Source: Eledone cirrhosa
Taxonomy: Eukaryota
DNA: 64,000 bases
NCBI GenBank assembly: GCA_964016885.1
Contig: OZ024751.1
Span: 46,562,001 to 46,626,000 of the forward strand
Reading direction: 5' to 3'
Positions within the stretch are counted from its first letter, which is position 1. Each line of letters starts with the position of its first letter. Of the stretch, positions 32,210 through 50,738 are shown in pieces. Below the pieces are notes generated by a model. The model did no database searches. It saw only the letters and a program-made list of their open reading frames with translations, and was not told the DNA's origin. The translations under genes were made by a program, and so were the position numbers.

Positions 32210-33542
32210 TTTCATCATAAGATCGAACATGTCATTATAAGGACGGTTATTTCATCATAAGATCGAACATGTCATTATAAGGACGGTTATTTCATTATAA
32301 GATCGAACATGTCATTATAAGGACGGTTATTTCATTATAAGATCGAACATGTCATTATAAGGACGGTTATTTCATTATAAGATCGAACATGTCATTATAA
32401 GGACGGTTATTTCATTATAAGATCGAACATGTCATTATAAGGACGGTTATTTCATTATAAGATCGAACATGTCATTATAAGGCCGGTTATTTCATTATAA
32501 AATCGAACATGTCTTTATAAGGCCGGTTATTTCATTATAAAATCGAACATGTCATTATAAGGACGGTTATTTCATTATAAGATCGAACATGTCATTATAA
32601 GGACGGTTATTTCATTATAAGATCGAACATGTCATTATAAGGACGGTTATTTCATCATAAGATCGAACATGTCATTATAAGGACGGTTATTTCATTATAA
32701 GATCGAACATGTCATTATAAGGACGGTTATTTCATTATAAAATCGAACATGTCATTATAAGGACGGTTATTTCATTATAAGATCGAACATGTCATTATAA
32801 GGACGGTTATTTCATTATAAAATCGAACATGTCATTATAAGGCCGGTTATTTCATTATAAGATCGAACATGTCATTATAAGGACGGTTATTTCATTATAA
32901 GATCGAACATGTCATTATAAGGACGGTTATTTCATTATAAGATCGAACATGTCATTATAAGGACGGTTATTTCATTATAAAATCGAACATGTCATTATAA
33001 GGACGGTTATTTCATTATAAAATCGAACATGTCATTATAAGGCCGGTTATTTCATTATAAAATCGAACATGTCATTATAAGGACGGTTATTTCATTATAA
33101 GATCGAACATGTCATTATAAGGACGGTTATTTCATTATAAAATCGAACATGTCATTATAAGGCCGGTTATTTCATTATAAGATCGAACATGTCATTATAA
33201 GGACGGTTATTTCATTATAAGATCGAACATGTCATTATAAGGACGGTTATTTCATTATAAGATCGAACATGTCATTATAAGGACGGTTATTTCATTATAA
33301 GATCGAACATGTCATTATAAGGACGGTTATTTCATTATAAGATCGAACATGTCATTATAAGGACGGTTATTTCATTATAAGATCGAACATGTCATTATAA
33401 GGACGGTTATTTCATTATAAGATCGAACATGTCATTATAAGGACGGTTATTTCATTATAAGATCGAACATGTCATTATAAGGACGGTTATTTCATTATAC
33501 GATCGAACATGTCATTATAAGGACGGTTATTTCATTATACGA
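32210..33542. repeat. 40-bp tandem array, ~33 copies
   Basis: TTCATTATAAGATCGAACATGTCATTATAAGGACGGTTAT; highly homogeneous. Confidence 0.98.
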
Positions 33543-33815
33543 CCTATCTTTCTAGACTCTGTTTCGTTCATTCTACCTTGCTTTCCTACTAGTTTCTGAA
33601 ATATAGTTTGTATAGACGTTTTGCTTCTTGCATCCCATATCATTTATGACAGCGACATTTTGGAAAAGTTTTTCCTAACTTACCCTTAATACACACACAC
33701 ACAAATATATATAAATATATATGTATTTATTATAAGAACAGATTAAAGTTTAAGCAAAGAATCGCTGCTTTCACCTTTAACGGGATCTTCTGATGGATGT
33801 GTATATGCATGTGTG

Positions 33816-33891
<76 letters not shown>

Positions 33892-34311
33892 AGTATGTAC
33901 ACGTACATACATATACTGTACGTCTGTATACATATATGTATGTACGTGTACATACTTATATTTAAGTAACAGCCGTACTAAGAGTGGGAAATGAAATTTC
34001 GTTTCATTTTTTCCGTTTATATATATATATATAAATATATATAAATATATACATATATATATACATACATATACACATCCATCCTTATATTCATACATAC
34101 ATACATACACACACACACACATTTAGTGTCACTTTAATTTTTTTAACCCCCCCCCCCCACCCTCCCACCTACAAAAGACCAGAAACAAAACCAAAAATTC
34201 GTAAACAATGAAAGATATAAGAAAAAGAAAAAAAAAGACGAATAAAAAAATGAACAAAATATATAAATATATATAAATATATATATTAGTTTCCATTTAT
34301 TTAATATTATA

Positions 34312-34344
<33 letters not shown>

Positions 34345-34747
34345 GGAGAGAATTGAAGAGGACAAGAAAAACGAGTGAAGAGGAGTAGAATGGTGCTATG
34401 ACGTCATAGAGTTAGGATTATATGATTTCGTTGAGTCACCTGGTTCCAATAGAAACACAATACGATGGTGAACCACACCAGTGAAGAAATCTTTAGTAAT
34501 GAAGACAATAGCTTATAAAGAAATATCCTAAACAAAGCGGAATAAAATAAAACTGAAGAATTACACGAGAATTATTTTTTTTGTAATATTTAGTTTATTA
34601 AAAAAAAAAACTGAAGGTCGTGACATTGGAGTATATTGTATTATAGGTTACTGTCTTGTTATGTTGACTGTTTAGGGTGGTGGATTGGCAGTAATTGGTG
34701 GAGCGACGGATAATATGCTTTGCGGGATATAGTTTCGGCACTTTATA

Positions 34748-34794
<47 letters not shown>

Positions 34795-34964
34795 TATAGA
34801 TAGGTAAATATACACGGGTGTGTATGATTGTGTATAGAAGATTATATTAATAAGAGGAATTCCAACTTTGTCTGATTTACTCGTTTTATTTACAATCCTT
34901 TAAAATATATATAATGGTATTATAATGAAATAGTATGATAGAATATTAAATTCTAAGTGTTAAT

Positions 34965-35003
34965 TGAACAAGTACTTTCATGCTTTCGCAATCTTCAGGT
35001 TCA
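34965..35003 (-). ncRNA. Minimal hammerhead ribozyme in the 3' pLTR, sense to the Penelope ORF
   Basis: Reverse complement of 37300-37338, downstream of the ORF stop. Confidence 0.9.
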
Positions 35004-37299
35004 TGATATGTGGTGACAGTCGAGTTTGCAATTTTCAACTGTAATGAGATGGGTAAATTTCCTACCTTTTATACATTTTATACAGAGAAAAGTGGCTCCA
35101 GAATGCAAAGCCCTGTAAACTGTATTTCGACCAATCAGTGTGTAGTTTCACTGAATTACTACAGCTGATTGGTTTAAGCGTCACGGCTGGTTGAACATGC
35201 TAACGACCAATAGTCATATCCAACGTATCAATTGTTTTGCTTTTTTGAAATGATGAAAATAGCATTTTCTATTAATCATCACCATCAACATCACTTTTAT
35301 TATTATTATTATTGTTGTTGTTGTTGTTGTTAGTGGTCGTGGTCATAGTGGTAGTAGAAGTAATACCCCTAGGCGTTATTATTGTTCATTTAGCTTGGGT
35401 TTGAATTTATCAATACAATTCTTTTCTTTGATTTTTCTCTTGATTTCATTTGGGCTGTGTAATTTGTAGAATGGGAATATTATAAATATTCCCTGACCAC
35501 ATGTTGCCAGGTGGCCGCTTAGGGGTATCTGACGGACATTTGGGTCTCTGATTTGTTGACGGTGTACCCGTGCACGTTCCGATAGTGCATTTCCAGTTTG
35601 ACCGACATATAGTTCTTCACAATTCGGGCATTTAATGCAGTAAATTAGATTTCTGCTTTTGCAGTTCATATTTGCATTTGTGAATATTTTTCCAGTTTTT
35701 GTTTTCATATATTGACCGGCGTGTATGGATTGACATGTGCCGCATCGATTATCATTGCATTTAGATACAGTGAATGATTGGTCTTTGTTGTTAAGGTCAA
35801 ACTTTGCTTTTGTTAGCAATTGCTTCAAATTTTTTGGCTGTCTTTTACTAAGAGTCAAAGATCGATCTGTGATTAAGCCTTTTAATTCATTACTTTGAGC
35901 AATGATCGGTAGGTTTGCTTTGGCAGTGTTGAAGATATTCTGGTGACATGGGTTGTGTGTCATTATAAATGGTATGACCAGTTCTTGGTTTCTTCTTCTT
36001 TGGGTTGTTCTAAGTTGTTGTATAGGTATTTTTATAGCCCGCTGTATGCCATTTTCTATAAGAAGAGATGGGTATTTTTGTTTGAGCAAAAATTCTCTTA
36101 GTTCTGTTAGGCGTTTGTACCTGGTATTCGTATCTTCTACAATGGTACAAATTCTTCTGGCTAGGCAGTATGGGATGTTGCGTTTTGTATGAGGTGGATG
36201 GCACGACTTAAAATTCAGATATTGATGGGTGTCTGTGTGTTTATAATATATATCCGTGGTAATGGTGGTGTCGTTTTTGATTATCATTATATCTAGGAAT
36301 GGTAATTTGGTCCTACTCATCTCTTTTGTGAATTGGAGAGATGGGTGTAGGTTATTCAGGAGGATATTGAACTCATCCAGAGTATCTAGAGATTCTGTCC
36401 AGATGATGAAACAGTCGTCAAGGTATCTCTTCCAAGAATTTTCAATGTACTTTCTAAAGTCAGTACTATATTTTTCCTCTATTTCTTGGTAGAGTTGTTG
36501 TTCTAAGTATCCCATTACAGAGTTCGCGTAAACGGGAGCAAACTTCGTTCCCATCGCTGTGCCTCTAATTTGGATGTAATTCTTTCCATTGAAGAAGAAA
36601 GTGTTGTTTTCCAGAATAAGTTTAACTGCGTCTAATATAAATGGCGCTGTGAATCTAATGGGAATCACTTCTCTATGTTTTTCCACCCAGTATTTAACCG
36701 CCTTTATTCCTAAATCATGTGTAATGTTGGTGTAAAGGCTTACCACATCAAAACTGAGTAGAAGTGAATTCGTTTCCGTGGTTTTGGGAAGATGGGACAG
36801 GAAGTCGATATCATCCCGGATGAAACTGGGTATGTGAATACATAGTGGTTTCAAAATAATGTCAACAAAATTGCTTAGACGGTGAGTGGGGCATGTTGGA
36901 CCAGCTATAATAGGTCTAAGTTTTAAGTCTTTTGGGTGTAATAATTTAATGTACTCACTGTTTTGTTCTCTTACTGCCAGTTGTATTTCTTTTGACTTGT
37001 GAACTTTCGTGATGTTGATGGTGATGATTAATAGAAAATGCTATTTTCATCATTTCAAAAAAGCAAAACAATTGATACGTTGGATATGACTATTGGTCGT
37101 TAGCATGTTCAACCAGCCGTGACGCTTAAACCAATCAGCTGTAGTAATTCAGTGAAACTACACACTGATTGGTCGAAATACAGTTTACAGGGCTTTGCAT
37201 TCTGGAGCCACTTTTCTCTGTATAAAATGTATAAAAGGTAGGAAATTTACCCATCTCATTACAGTTGAAAATTGCAAACTCGACTGTCACCACATATCA

Positions 37300-37338
37300 T
37301 GAACCTGAAGATTGCGAAAGCATGAAAGTACTTGTTCA
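37300..37338 (+). ncRNA. Minimal hammerhead ribozyme in the inverted Penelope pLTR
   Basis: TGAAC-CTGAAGA-TTGCGAAAGCAT-GAAA-GTAC-TT-GTTCA. Stem I TGAAC/GTTCA, GAAA-capped stem II, palindromic stem III AGTACT. Confidence 0.9.
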
Positions 37339-37452
37339 ATTAACACTTAGAATTTAATATTCTATCATACTATTTCATTATAATACCATTATATATATTT
37401 TAAAGGATTGTAAATAAAACGAGTAAATCAGACAAAGTTGGAATTCCTCTTA

Positions 37453-37486
<34 letters not shown>

Positions 37487-37939
37487 GAAATGAATGAAGT
37501 AATTCCGCCGGAAAAGTCCAGGAAAAAAGAGTACTCTATGTAGGTAACAGAGCTTAATAGTTATGTAATAAACAACATAAGGCAATTATTTCATTTACCA
37601 GTGGTTAAACCACTGGTAAATGAAATAATTGCCTTATGTTGTTTATTACATAAATATATATATATATATATAAATGGAAAAAATGAAACGAAATATATAT
37701 GTATATATATATCGTAATAATAAATGTGAAGACTAAAATCCTAAGAGGGCTCGATAAGGATTATATATATATATATATATATATTGTTATACTTTGGGAA
37801 GGTCATGTTGCCAATAAGAAACACACGCACCAGTTGCTTTCACTTCAATTTAATTTATTATATATTTATAAATTTACAAATTTATAAATTTCTGGTTGGT
37901 TGGTTGGTTCCACAACCAGATAGTTGTTTATATATATAT

Positions 37940-37984
37940 AGTCATAGTTCTTTCGGCACACACTCTGTGACCTCTTCAGTGACT
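37940..37984 (-). ncRNA. Minimal hammerhead ribozyme, third family
   Basis: AGTCA-CTGAAGA-GGTCACAGAGTGTGTGCC-GAAA-GAAC-TA-TGACT on the minus strand. A paralogue at 16939-16981 (-) has core CTGGTGA and a varied stem II. Confidence 0.85.
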
Positions 37985-38005
37985 GGGGACAAATTCAGAA
38001 ACGAA

Positions 38006-38041
<36 letters not shown>

Positions 38042-38118
38042 TTCGTTTCTGAATTTTGAAGATCCCGTTAAGGGTGAAAGCAGCGATTCTTTGCTTAAAC
38101 GTTAATCTGTTCTTATAA

Positions 38119-38189
<71 letters not shown>

Positions 38190-38407
38190 ATATATACATA
38201 TAATATATATATATATATATAAAGTTGAAGAGAATGGAAAAATGATGTAGAAACAAGACAAAAAACAACAAAACAACAATAAAAAAAATGTGTTCGCTAT
38301 TCACTCAAATGTAACTTTTTCATGAATAATACATATTTCTTATTGTCGTTATTTTTATTGTAGTAGTGGTGGTGGTAATAGTAGTAGTAGTAGTGGTGGT
38401 GGTGGTG

Positions 38408-38451
<44 letters not shown>

Positions 38452-38511
38452 GGTGGTGGTGGTGGTGGTAGTAGTAGTAGTAATAGTAGTAGTAGTAGTA
38501 GCAAAAGCAGC

Positions 38512-38608
<97 letters not shown>

Positions 38609-39195
38609 GTACCATTGTCATTGTCACCGTTAGCAGACTTTTGTCTTATCTTTGTTCTTGTTCTAGTTCTACCATTGTTATTAATATTATTATTATTACT
38701 ATTTATAATTATATCATTACTATTAATATTCTTTTTCTTGTTATTATTAGTATTATTTTTTATGCTGCTTTTTCGACATTTTTGTTGTTCGTGTTGTTAT
38801 TGTTATTTTTATTGTTACATTTCTTCTAAATTTGAATTCAACCGTGAAAACCTCGATTGTGAAATTATTATCTAGAATTATTATTTACTTTCTATGAAGC
38901 ATTTCGTGGTAAAAACAAAACAAAACGAAACGAAACACAAAACAACGTGTTGAACAATCTTGAATAATAATAACAATAATAATAGTAATTATGGTAGCAA
39001 TTGTAATTGTAACATTAATTGTAATTTTAATGACTGTTAGTGTGGCTGGTGGTGGGATAATGTGTAGTAAGAGAACTTTCCTTTCATCGTTTTCAAGATT
39101 TTGAAAAGGTACCATCGTATTAGACAAAGGTTATATCTCGAGCGGAAGAAATGAAGAATTGTAGAGTGAACACAAACATTGAAATATGGAAAACA

Positions 39196-39247
<52 letters not shown>

Positions 39248-39614
39248 GGAGAGAGAGAATGAATGAGTGAGTAAAACAGAGAGGGAGTGAGGGAAAGAGA
39301 GTAAAGAAGCGAAGTGTTTCTAATTTTTAAAACATTTCCAAGAAAGTTAAGAAATCTTAACATGATATTTCCTAGTTAGAAAATCAGTGAATAATATTTT
39401 ACTGGGAGGACATTTTACCAAACGAAAAGTTTTACTCAAACTTTGGAATACTTTATGTGTGTATTAGTTTACGTTTTCTTTTGTTGTCATTCAAAATACC
39501 TCATTGATGTTGACCATTTGATCTGATGTGTATCCAATACAACCAATTGTCATTCAATATACCTTATTGTTCTCGATAAATTGATCCGTCTGATCCCAAC
39601 ATAGCCAGTTTTTG

Positions 39615-39990
39615 TTCAAAATACCTCACTGATCTTGGCCTATTGATCCAACGTCTGATTCCAATGTAACAAGTTATAGCTCAAAATACCTCACTGATCT
39701 TGGCCTATTGATCCAACGTCTGATTCCATTGTAACCAGTTGTAGCTCAAAATACCTCACTGATCTTGGCCTATTGATCCAACGTCTGATTCCAATGTAAC
39801 AAGTTATAGCTCAAAATACCTCACTGATCTTGGCCTATTGATCCAACGTTTAATTCCATTGTAACCAGTTGTAGCTCAAAATACCTCACTGATCTTGGCT
39901 TATTGATCCAACGTCTGATTCCATTGTAACAAGTTGTAGCTCAAAATACCTCACTGATCTTGGCTTATTGATCAAAAGTTTGATTCCAAT
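39615..39990. repeat. 65-bp tandem array, ~5.5 copies
   Basis: GCTCAAAATACCTCACTGATCTTGGCCTATTGATCCAACG... recurs at 39679, 39744, 39809, 39874 and 39939. Confidence 0.95.
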
Positions 39991-40350
39991 AAACACAGTT
40001 TATTACCTAATCAATACTTTACTTATTAATGTCTACAAACAATATCAACGACCTTACCAATTCCACGCTCTATTGATCCCAGTACACATTAACAAGGATT
40101 TTATTTAAGGTAAAACAAGCTAGTAAAAAAACAACATGAAAACGATTTTAGACCCCTTAAAAAAAGGTCAGTGATTCCTACATTTTTTTTTATTCTATTC
40201 TTTTTCCGGGTTTTCTTTTTATTTATCATCGTAGTTGTTCTTGTTTTTCTCATTATTCCTCCCAAACTATTGTTTGTTACTACAGATGATTTTGGTCCGG
40301 AATTATTGTCGTACCGAAAACATGCACATTATATATTTATGTATGTATGT

Positions 40351-40389
<39 letters not shown>

Positions 40390-40528
40390 AAAGAAACTAC
40401 ACATAACTACATACTACGAATGTAGAGGGCTTTCTCTTAGTTATTCCTGTCTTTCATCAAAACAACTTTTACTGAATATTATATATATGTATACGTATAT
40501 ATATATATATATATATTTATAAATATAT

Positions 40529-40615
<87 letters not shown>

Positions 40616-40802
40616 TATATATATATATATATAACGAAGGTGTTGTGGTAAGGAACCAGATGGACCATAACGCACCAGACTACTCAATACTTAGGGTAGT
40701 AGAGTGGGTAATAGGAGAAAGTATGACCCCGACTAGTCCAGAAATAGTCCAGAAATAGCCGTCGAAACGGCTTCAGCTCTGCCGTCGGGGTCATACTTTC
40801 TC

Positions 40803-40873
<71 letters not shown>

Positions 40874-40886
40874 CATACATATATAT

Positions 40887-40935
<49 letters not shown>

Positions 40936-41443
40936 CACACAGATCTATATATTTATATATAGATGTTTGCGTGTATGTGTGTTTGTGTATGTGTATATGT
41001 GTGTGTGTGTGTGTATGTGTTTATGTGTTTATGCACGTGTTTGTATGTCCATGTGTTTGTGTACGTAGGTGTGTGTGTGTGTGTGTGTGTATATCTGAAC
41101 CTGTTTGTCGCTTTGCCTCTGTCTGCCTCTCTCTGTGTCTCTCTTTCTCTCTCTGCCCCTCTGTCGCTCTCTGTCTCTCTCTGTTTGCCTATCTATCTCT
41201 CTGTCTCTCTCTGTCTGTCTCTCTCTTTCTCTCTCTGTCTCTCTGTCTCTCTCTGTCTCTCTCTGTCTGCCTCTCTATCTCTCTGTCTCTCTCTGTCCGT
41301 CTCTCTCTTTCTCACTCAGTCTCTCTCTGTCTGCCTCTCTATCTCTCTGTCTCTCTCTGTCCGCCTCTCTCTTTCTCACTCTGTCTCTCGCTGTCTGCCT
41401 ATCTATCTCTCTGTCTCTCTCTGTCTGCCTCTCTCTCTATCTG

Positions 41444-41573
<130 letters not shown>

Positions 41574-41737
41574 GTTCCTGTGCCACAAGGACAATGGCAA
41601 GGTTCTGTTACTACAACAGCCACATTGGGTTGCAAGTCTGTTTTAGTTGACATTGACAGTGTTACAGTTTTATCTCGGTAGTTAAACATCAAACTGGAAC
41701 CTACACTACATACACTACATTAACAGGCTTTCAAAGG

Positions 41738-41791
<54 letters not shown>

Positions 41792-41809
41792 ATATATATG
41801 TATATATAC

Positions 41810-41891
<82 letters not shown>

Positions 41892-41892
41892 G

Positions 41893-44978
<3,086 letters not shown>

Positions 44979-45322
44979 ATGTATGTATGTATGTATGTAT
45001 GTATGTATGTATGTATGTATGTATGTATGTATGTATGTATGTATGTATGTATGTATGTATGTATGTATGTGTGTGTGTGTTTGTGTGTACACTCACACAC
45101 ATATATATATATATACATTGAACAGGTGTTTTTACCGTAGTTTTAGGTTGACCCAAGTTTAAACCCCACTGGCTGGTTTCTTGGGCTTGGGTTAACCCAA
45201 ACATTGTAAAGGAATTTGCGTCGACGGAAACTGTGTGGAAGCCCGTCAGGTGGATTGCAATGTAACTCAAATGTCCAGCCTTGTCATATATTGTGTTACC
45301 CAGATTATCAAAAATTCTACTG

Positions 45323-46626
45323 CAAAAATACAATAGTATATATAGAGTAATGTAAATGTTATGTGAGATATTATGTGAGATAATTATGTAAGATAAAGCC
45401 TTTACCATGAAAATACAATAGTATATATAGAGTAATGTAAATGTTATGTGAGATATTATGTGAGATAATTATGTAAGGTAAAGCCTTTACCATGAAAATA
45501 CAATAGTATATATAGAGTAATGTAAATGTTATGTGAGATATGTGAGATAATTATGTAAGGTAAAGCCTTTACCATGAAAATACAATAGTATATATAGAGT
45601 AATGTAAATGTTATGTGAGATATGTGAGATAATTATGTAAGGTAAAGCCTTTACCATGAAAATACAATAGTATATATAGAGTAATGTAAATGTTATGTGA
45701 GATATTATGTGAGATAATTATGTACGGTAAAGCCTTTACCATGAAAATACAATAGTATATATAGAGTAATGTAAATGTTATGTGAGATATTATGTGAGAT
45801 AATTATGTAAGGTAAAGCCTTTACCATGAAAATACAATAGTATATATAGAGTAATGTAAATGTTATGTGAGATATTATATGAGATAATTATGTAAGATAA
45901 AGCCTTTACCATGAAAATACAATAGTATATATAGAGTAATGTAAATGTTATGTGAGATATTATGTGAGATAATTATGTAAAGTAAAGCCTTTACCATGAA
46001 AATACAATAGTATAGATAGAGTAATGTAAATGTTATGTGAGATATTATGTGAGATAATTATGTAAGATAAAGCCTTTACCATGAAAATACAATAGTATAT
46101 ACAGAGTAATGTAAATGTTATGTGAGATATTATATGAGATAATTATGTGAGGTAAAGCCTTTACCATGAAAATACAATAGTATATATAGAGTAATGTAAA
46201 TGTTATGTGAGATATTATGTGAGATAATTATGTAAGATAAAGCCTTTACCATGAAAATACAATAGTATATATAGAGTAATGTAAATGTTATGTGAGATAT
46301 TATGTGAGATAATTATGTAAGATAAAGCCTTTACCATGAAAATACAATAGTATATATAGAGTAATGTAAATGTTATGTGAGATATTATGTGAGATAATTA
46401 TGTAAGATAAAGCCTTTACCATGAAAATACAATAGTATATATAGAGTAATGTAAATGTTATGTGAGATATTATGTGAGATAATTATGTAAGGTAAAGCCT
46501 TTACCATGAAAATACAATAGTATATATAGAGTAATGTAAATGTTATGTGAGATATTATGTGAGATAATTATGTGAGGTAAAGCCTTTACCATGAAAATAC
46601 AATAGTATAATTAGAGTAATGTAAAT
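45323..46626. repeat. 85-bp AT-rich tandem array, ~15 copies
   Basis: AAATACAATAGTATATATAGAGTAATGTAAATGTTATGTGAGATATTATGTGAGATAATTATGTAAGRTAAAGCCTTTACCATGA; two units are 82 bp. Confidence 0.97.
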
Positions 46627-46650
46627 ACTAAAGGGTTAATATTATCTGTA

Positions 46651-46842
46651 GTGGTGGATTGGCAGTATCGGTAGAGGGTCGGACGCCATGATTCGACGCA
46701 TAGAGTTACGGCCCTTGCCATTCTGAGTTCAAAACCCGCCGAGGTTAACTTTGCCTTTCATCCTTACGGGGTCGATGAAATAAAGTACCAGTAATGCACT
46801 GGGTAATTGCTGGCCTTATGCCAAAAGTAGAAACAATTATTT
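46651..46842 (+). mobile_element. SINE family 1 copy just upstream of exon 1
   Basis: Colinear with 2496-2727. Confidence 0.9.
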
Positions 46843-46871
46843 CTAATGTATTCTTTTCTCTATATTTGCAG

Positions 46872-46990
46872 TGAGTGGTCAAGAGATGGCAAGGACCACA
46901 TCAATCGAGGATTTATCACAGCTCCCAGTCTTGGAGGAAAATATCATTTTGAAACATTTACACGACAGATGCCTGCTGCAGAAATATTAC
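46872..46990 (+). CDS. Myosin-motor-domain gene, first visible exon (ATG at 46886; MARTTSIEDLSQLPVLEENIILKHLHDRCLLQKYY)
   Basis: Pyrimidine tract plus TTTGCAG acceptor at 46871 and GTATGT donor at 46991. 'EDLSQL..LEE..I...L..R' matches the start of a myosin head. Phase 0 joins the next exon to give KYY/TYIADILV. Confidence 0.85.
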
Positions 46991-47197
46991 GTATGTCTCC
47001 CCTTCTGTCTCTGGTTATTGTTGTTGTTAGTGTTGCTGTTGTTGTTGTTTTTCTAGCTTCCGTTGTGTTCAGTGAAAGAAAGACAGGTATCAGTTTTGCA
47101 AGAGATGTCAACATGAATGGACCTGTTATTTTTATCTGAAGACATTTTTTTCCAATTCCATCCCGCCCGTCCCCTCAATCTATTTTATTTCTCATTC

Positions 47198-47236
47198 TTT
47201 CTTCTGATGAAGGACTAGCGTCCGAAATGTTAAGAC
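47198..47236 (+). ncRNA. Candidate minimal hammerhead ribozyme in intron 1
   Basis: TCTT-CTGATGA-AGGACTAGCGTCC-GAAA-TG-TT-AAGA; stem III is very short or imperfect. Confidence 0.6.
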
Positions 47237-47326
47237 CCTCTTCTTGCTATATCAAGCGTTAACCTAATATATACCTTCCATATACTGTACCGATTGTGTT
47301 GTTATTTCTGTTTACCTTTTACATAC

Positions 47327-47390
<64 letters not shown>

Positions 47391-47524
47391 GAAAAAGTCA
47401 GTCAGGACCCCGACGGCTGAGCTCCGGCCGTTTCAACAGCTAGATCCGAACTCTTTTCCTATTACCCACTCTACTAACCTAAGTATCGAGGGGTCTGGTG
47501 CGTTATTGTACACATTCTTCGTTG

Positions 47525-47571
<47 letters not shown>

Positions 47572-47753
47572 TCTATATATAAACATAATTATTTCAATAC
47601 ATTTGTTTGTGTGTATGTAGATTATATCATTGTATATATAAATATACATATGTGAATATATATATATATGTAATAATGCTTTCTTTATTAGCCACAAGGG
47701 CTAATATATATGTAATAATAAACGTAATATTAAGACTAAAATTCGAAAAGGGC

Positions 47754-48171
<418 letters not shown>

Positions 48172-49007
48172 GTGCATTTATATATCAGCATGTATAAATA
48201 TGCATGTATAAATACAGAGCAGTGTGTTTATTCAACAACAAATTTTAGAAGATTCCACTTCAATCAACTGAAGCTGTGTAATCCTATACAAACATTTTGA
48301 TGAAACACTTGAAACTTTGAAAAACAATTCAAAATTTAAACTAATCCCAACAACAAAAATACCACCGCCACTATACACATACAGACACATACACAGACAC
48401 ATATACACACATACACAGACACATATACACATACATATACACACACACACACACACACACATACACATACATATATACACACACACATACACACACACAC
48501 ACACACACATACACATACATATATACACACACACACATACACACACACATACACAGACAGACACACACACACACATACACACACACGTACACACACATAC
48601 ACATGCACATACACACACACACACACACATACACATACACATACATATATACACACACACACATACACAGACACATACACAGACAGACACGCACACACAC
48701 ACGTACACACACATACACATACACATACACATACACAGACACATACACATACACACACACATTCACACACACACACTTACACACTTACACAGACACATAC
48801 ACAGACACACATACACACACACACACTTACACATACGCACACTTACACATACACACACATACACACACATACACTCACTCAGAGACACATACACAAACAC
48901 ATACACAGACACACACACTTACACAGACACACACACACACACACAAATACACACACACATACACACACACATACACATACACAGATATATGCACATATAC
49001 ACACACT

Positions 49008-49038
<31 letters not shown>

Positions 49039-49752
49039 TGAGAGAGAAAGAAAGAGAGAGAAAGAGATGGGATAGGGAGAGAGAGTGAGAAAGAGAGGGA
49101 GAGAGAGTAAGAAAGAAAGAGACAGAGAGAAAGAGGGGGGATAGGGAGAGAGAGTGAGAAAGAGAAGGAGAGGGATATATAAATACGCACTTGGATCTCC
49201 ATCGTTTGCAACGATGAGTGTCCCAGTTGTTCAAACAACGGAACAGCTTGCGCGGAAAACTAAATTGCAAGTGGCTGAGCATTCCACAGACACGTGCACC
49301 CTTACTATAGTTGTCAGGGAGATTCGGCATAACACAGACTGTGACAAAACTGGCTCAGTTAAATTACAGTAAATTACAGGTACAGCTCAACTGTAGACTG
49401 TACTGGAGCAACATGAAATAAAGTGTCTTGCTCAAGGATGCAACAACACACTGCCGGGAATTGAACCCTCGATGTTGTGATTGTGAGCTGAGATATACTG
49501 AAAAGAGAGGGGTTTCAAAATGGCTGAACTGATAAAATAATACACTAAAATAATACACAGACACACACACACACACACTCATATATACATATACACACAT
49601 ACGCACACACGCACATATATATACATACATAAATATATAAATACATATACATACATACACACGCACACACATATATATATATATATACACACATACATAC
49701 ACACATACACACACACATATATATATATACACACACATATATATATATACAC

Positions 49753-49795
<43 letters not shown>

Positions 49796-50215
49796 CACAC
49801 ATATATATATATATACACACATACATACATGCGTACACACACACACACATATATATACATTCATTTTTCATTCATATATATTTTTATTTGTCTGACCCGA
49901 ATTTTCGTTTAAGCATCGTCTCAGTGTGTTGGTAAACGTTAGTTATAGCTCTGGTTTATCCAAACTATTGAGCACTTTGCCACACATTTCAACGATTGTG
50001 TTTCGTTATTTCGTGGCCGAGGTTCCGTTTCTCGATAATTTATTTGTATATATATATATATATATATATATAATAAGGAACTGACGGACCCAGCATATTT
50101 ATCAATGCCAGGACCGGTTGTATCTCAGCGTACTCAATAGGTAATGTAGGATACATTCCCAGAGTATATACACAGTTATTCGCTTCAATACTACACCACG
50201 TAACACACAACTAAG

Positions 50216-50250
<35 letters not shown>

Positions 50251-50664
50251 ACGGGTGCCTCTGTATTTTTGAACGAAATGCCTGCTGAGAAAGCAGTTTC
50301 CTCGTTCGTCTCTTTACCAGAAGTCAGATATATTTTTTATGTGGGCTGACGGTAATTGATTAAGGAACTGCAGAAACCCCAAAAGCTAGAATTCAACATC
50401 CTTCTAGCGGGTCCGGGTAAGATTTTACATTCATTTAATTTATTAATTTATTATTTGTGTGACCCGGATTTTCCTGGTCGTTTTTTCGGCTGTGCGAATG
50501 ATTTTAAGCATTGTCTCTATGTGTTGGTATTTAAACGATAGTTATAGCTCTGGTTTATCCAAACTATTGAGCCCTTTGCCATGCATTTCGAAGATTGTGT
50601 TTCGTTATTTCGTGGGTCGAGATTCCGATTCTCGATTATTTATTATGAACAACACACAACTAAG

Positions 50665-50736
<72 letters not shown>

Positions 50737-50738
<2 letters not shown>

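Larger units (their letters stand above)
34790..37460 (-). mobile_element. Penelope-like element (Penelope/Poseidon-type), 5'-truncated, with inverted pLTRs
   Basis: ORF 35379-~37008 with RT (LRPII, SFDVVSLYTNI, GTAMGT, RYLDD) and GIY-YIG (LIYCIKC...YVGQT, R..H). Near-identical 452-bp inverted arms at 34843-35294 and 37009-37460, flanked by (TA)n. Confidence 0.95.

Noticed and set aside
32210-33542. CRISPR-like regular repeat
   Set aside because: No unique spacers, no cas genes, eukaryotic context.
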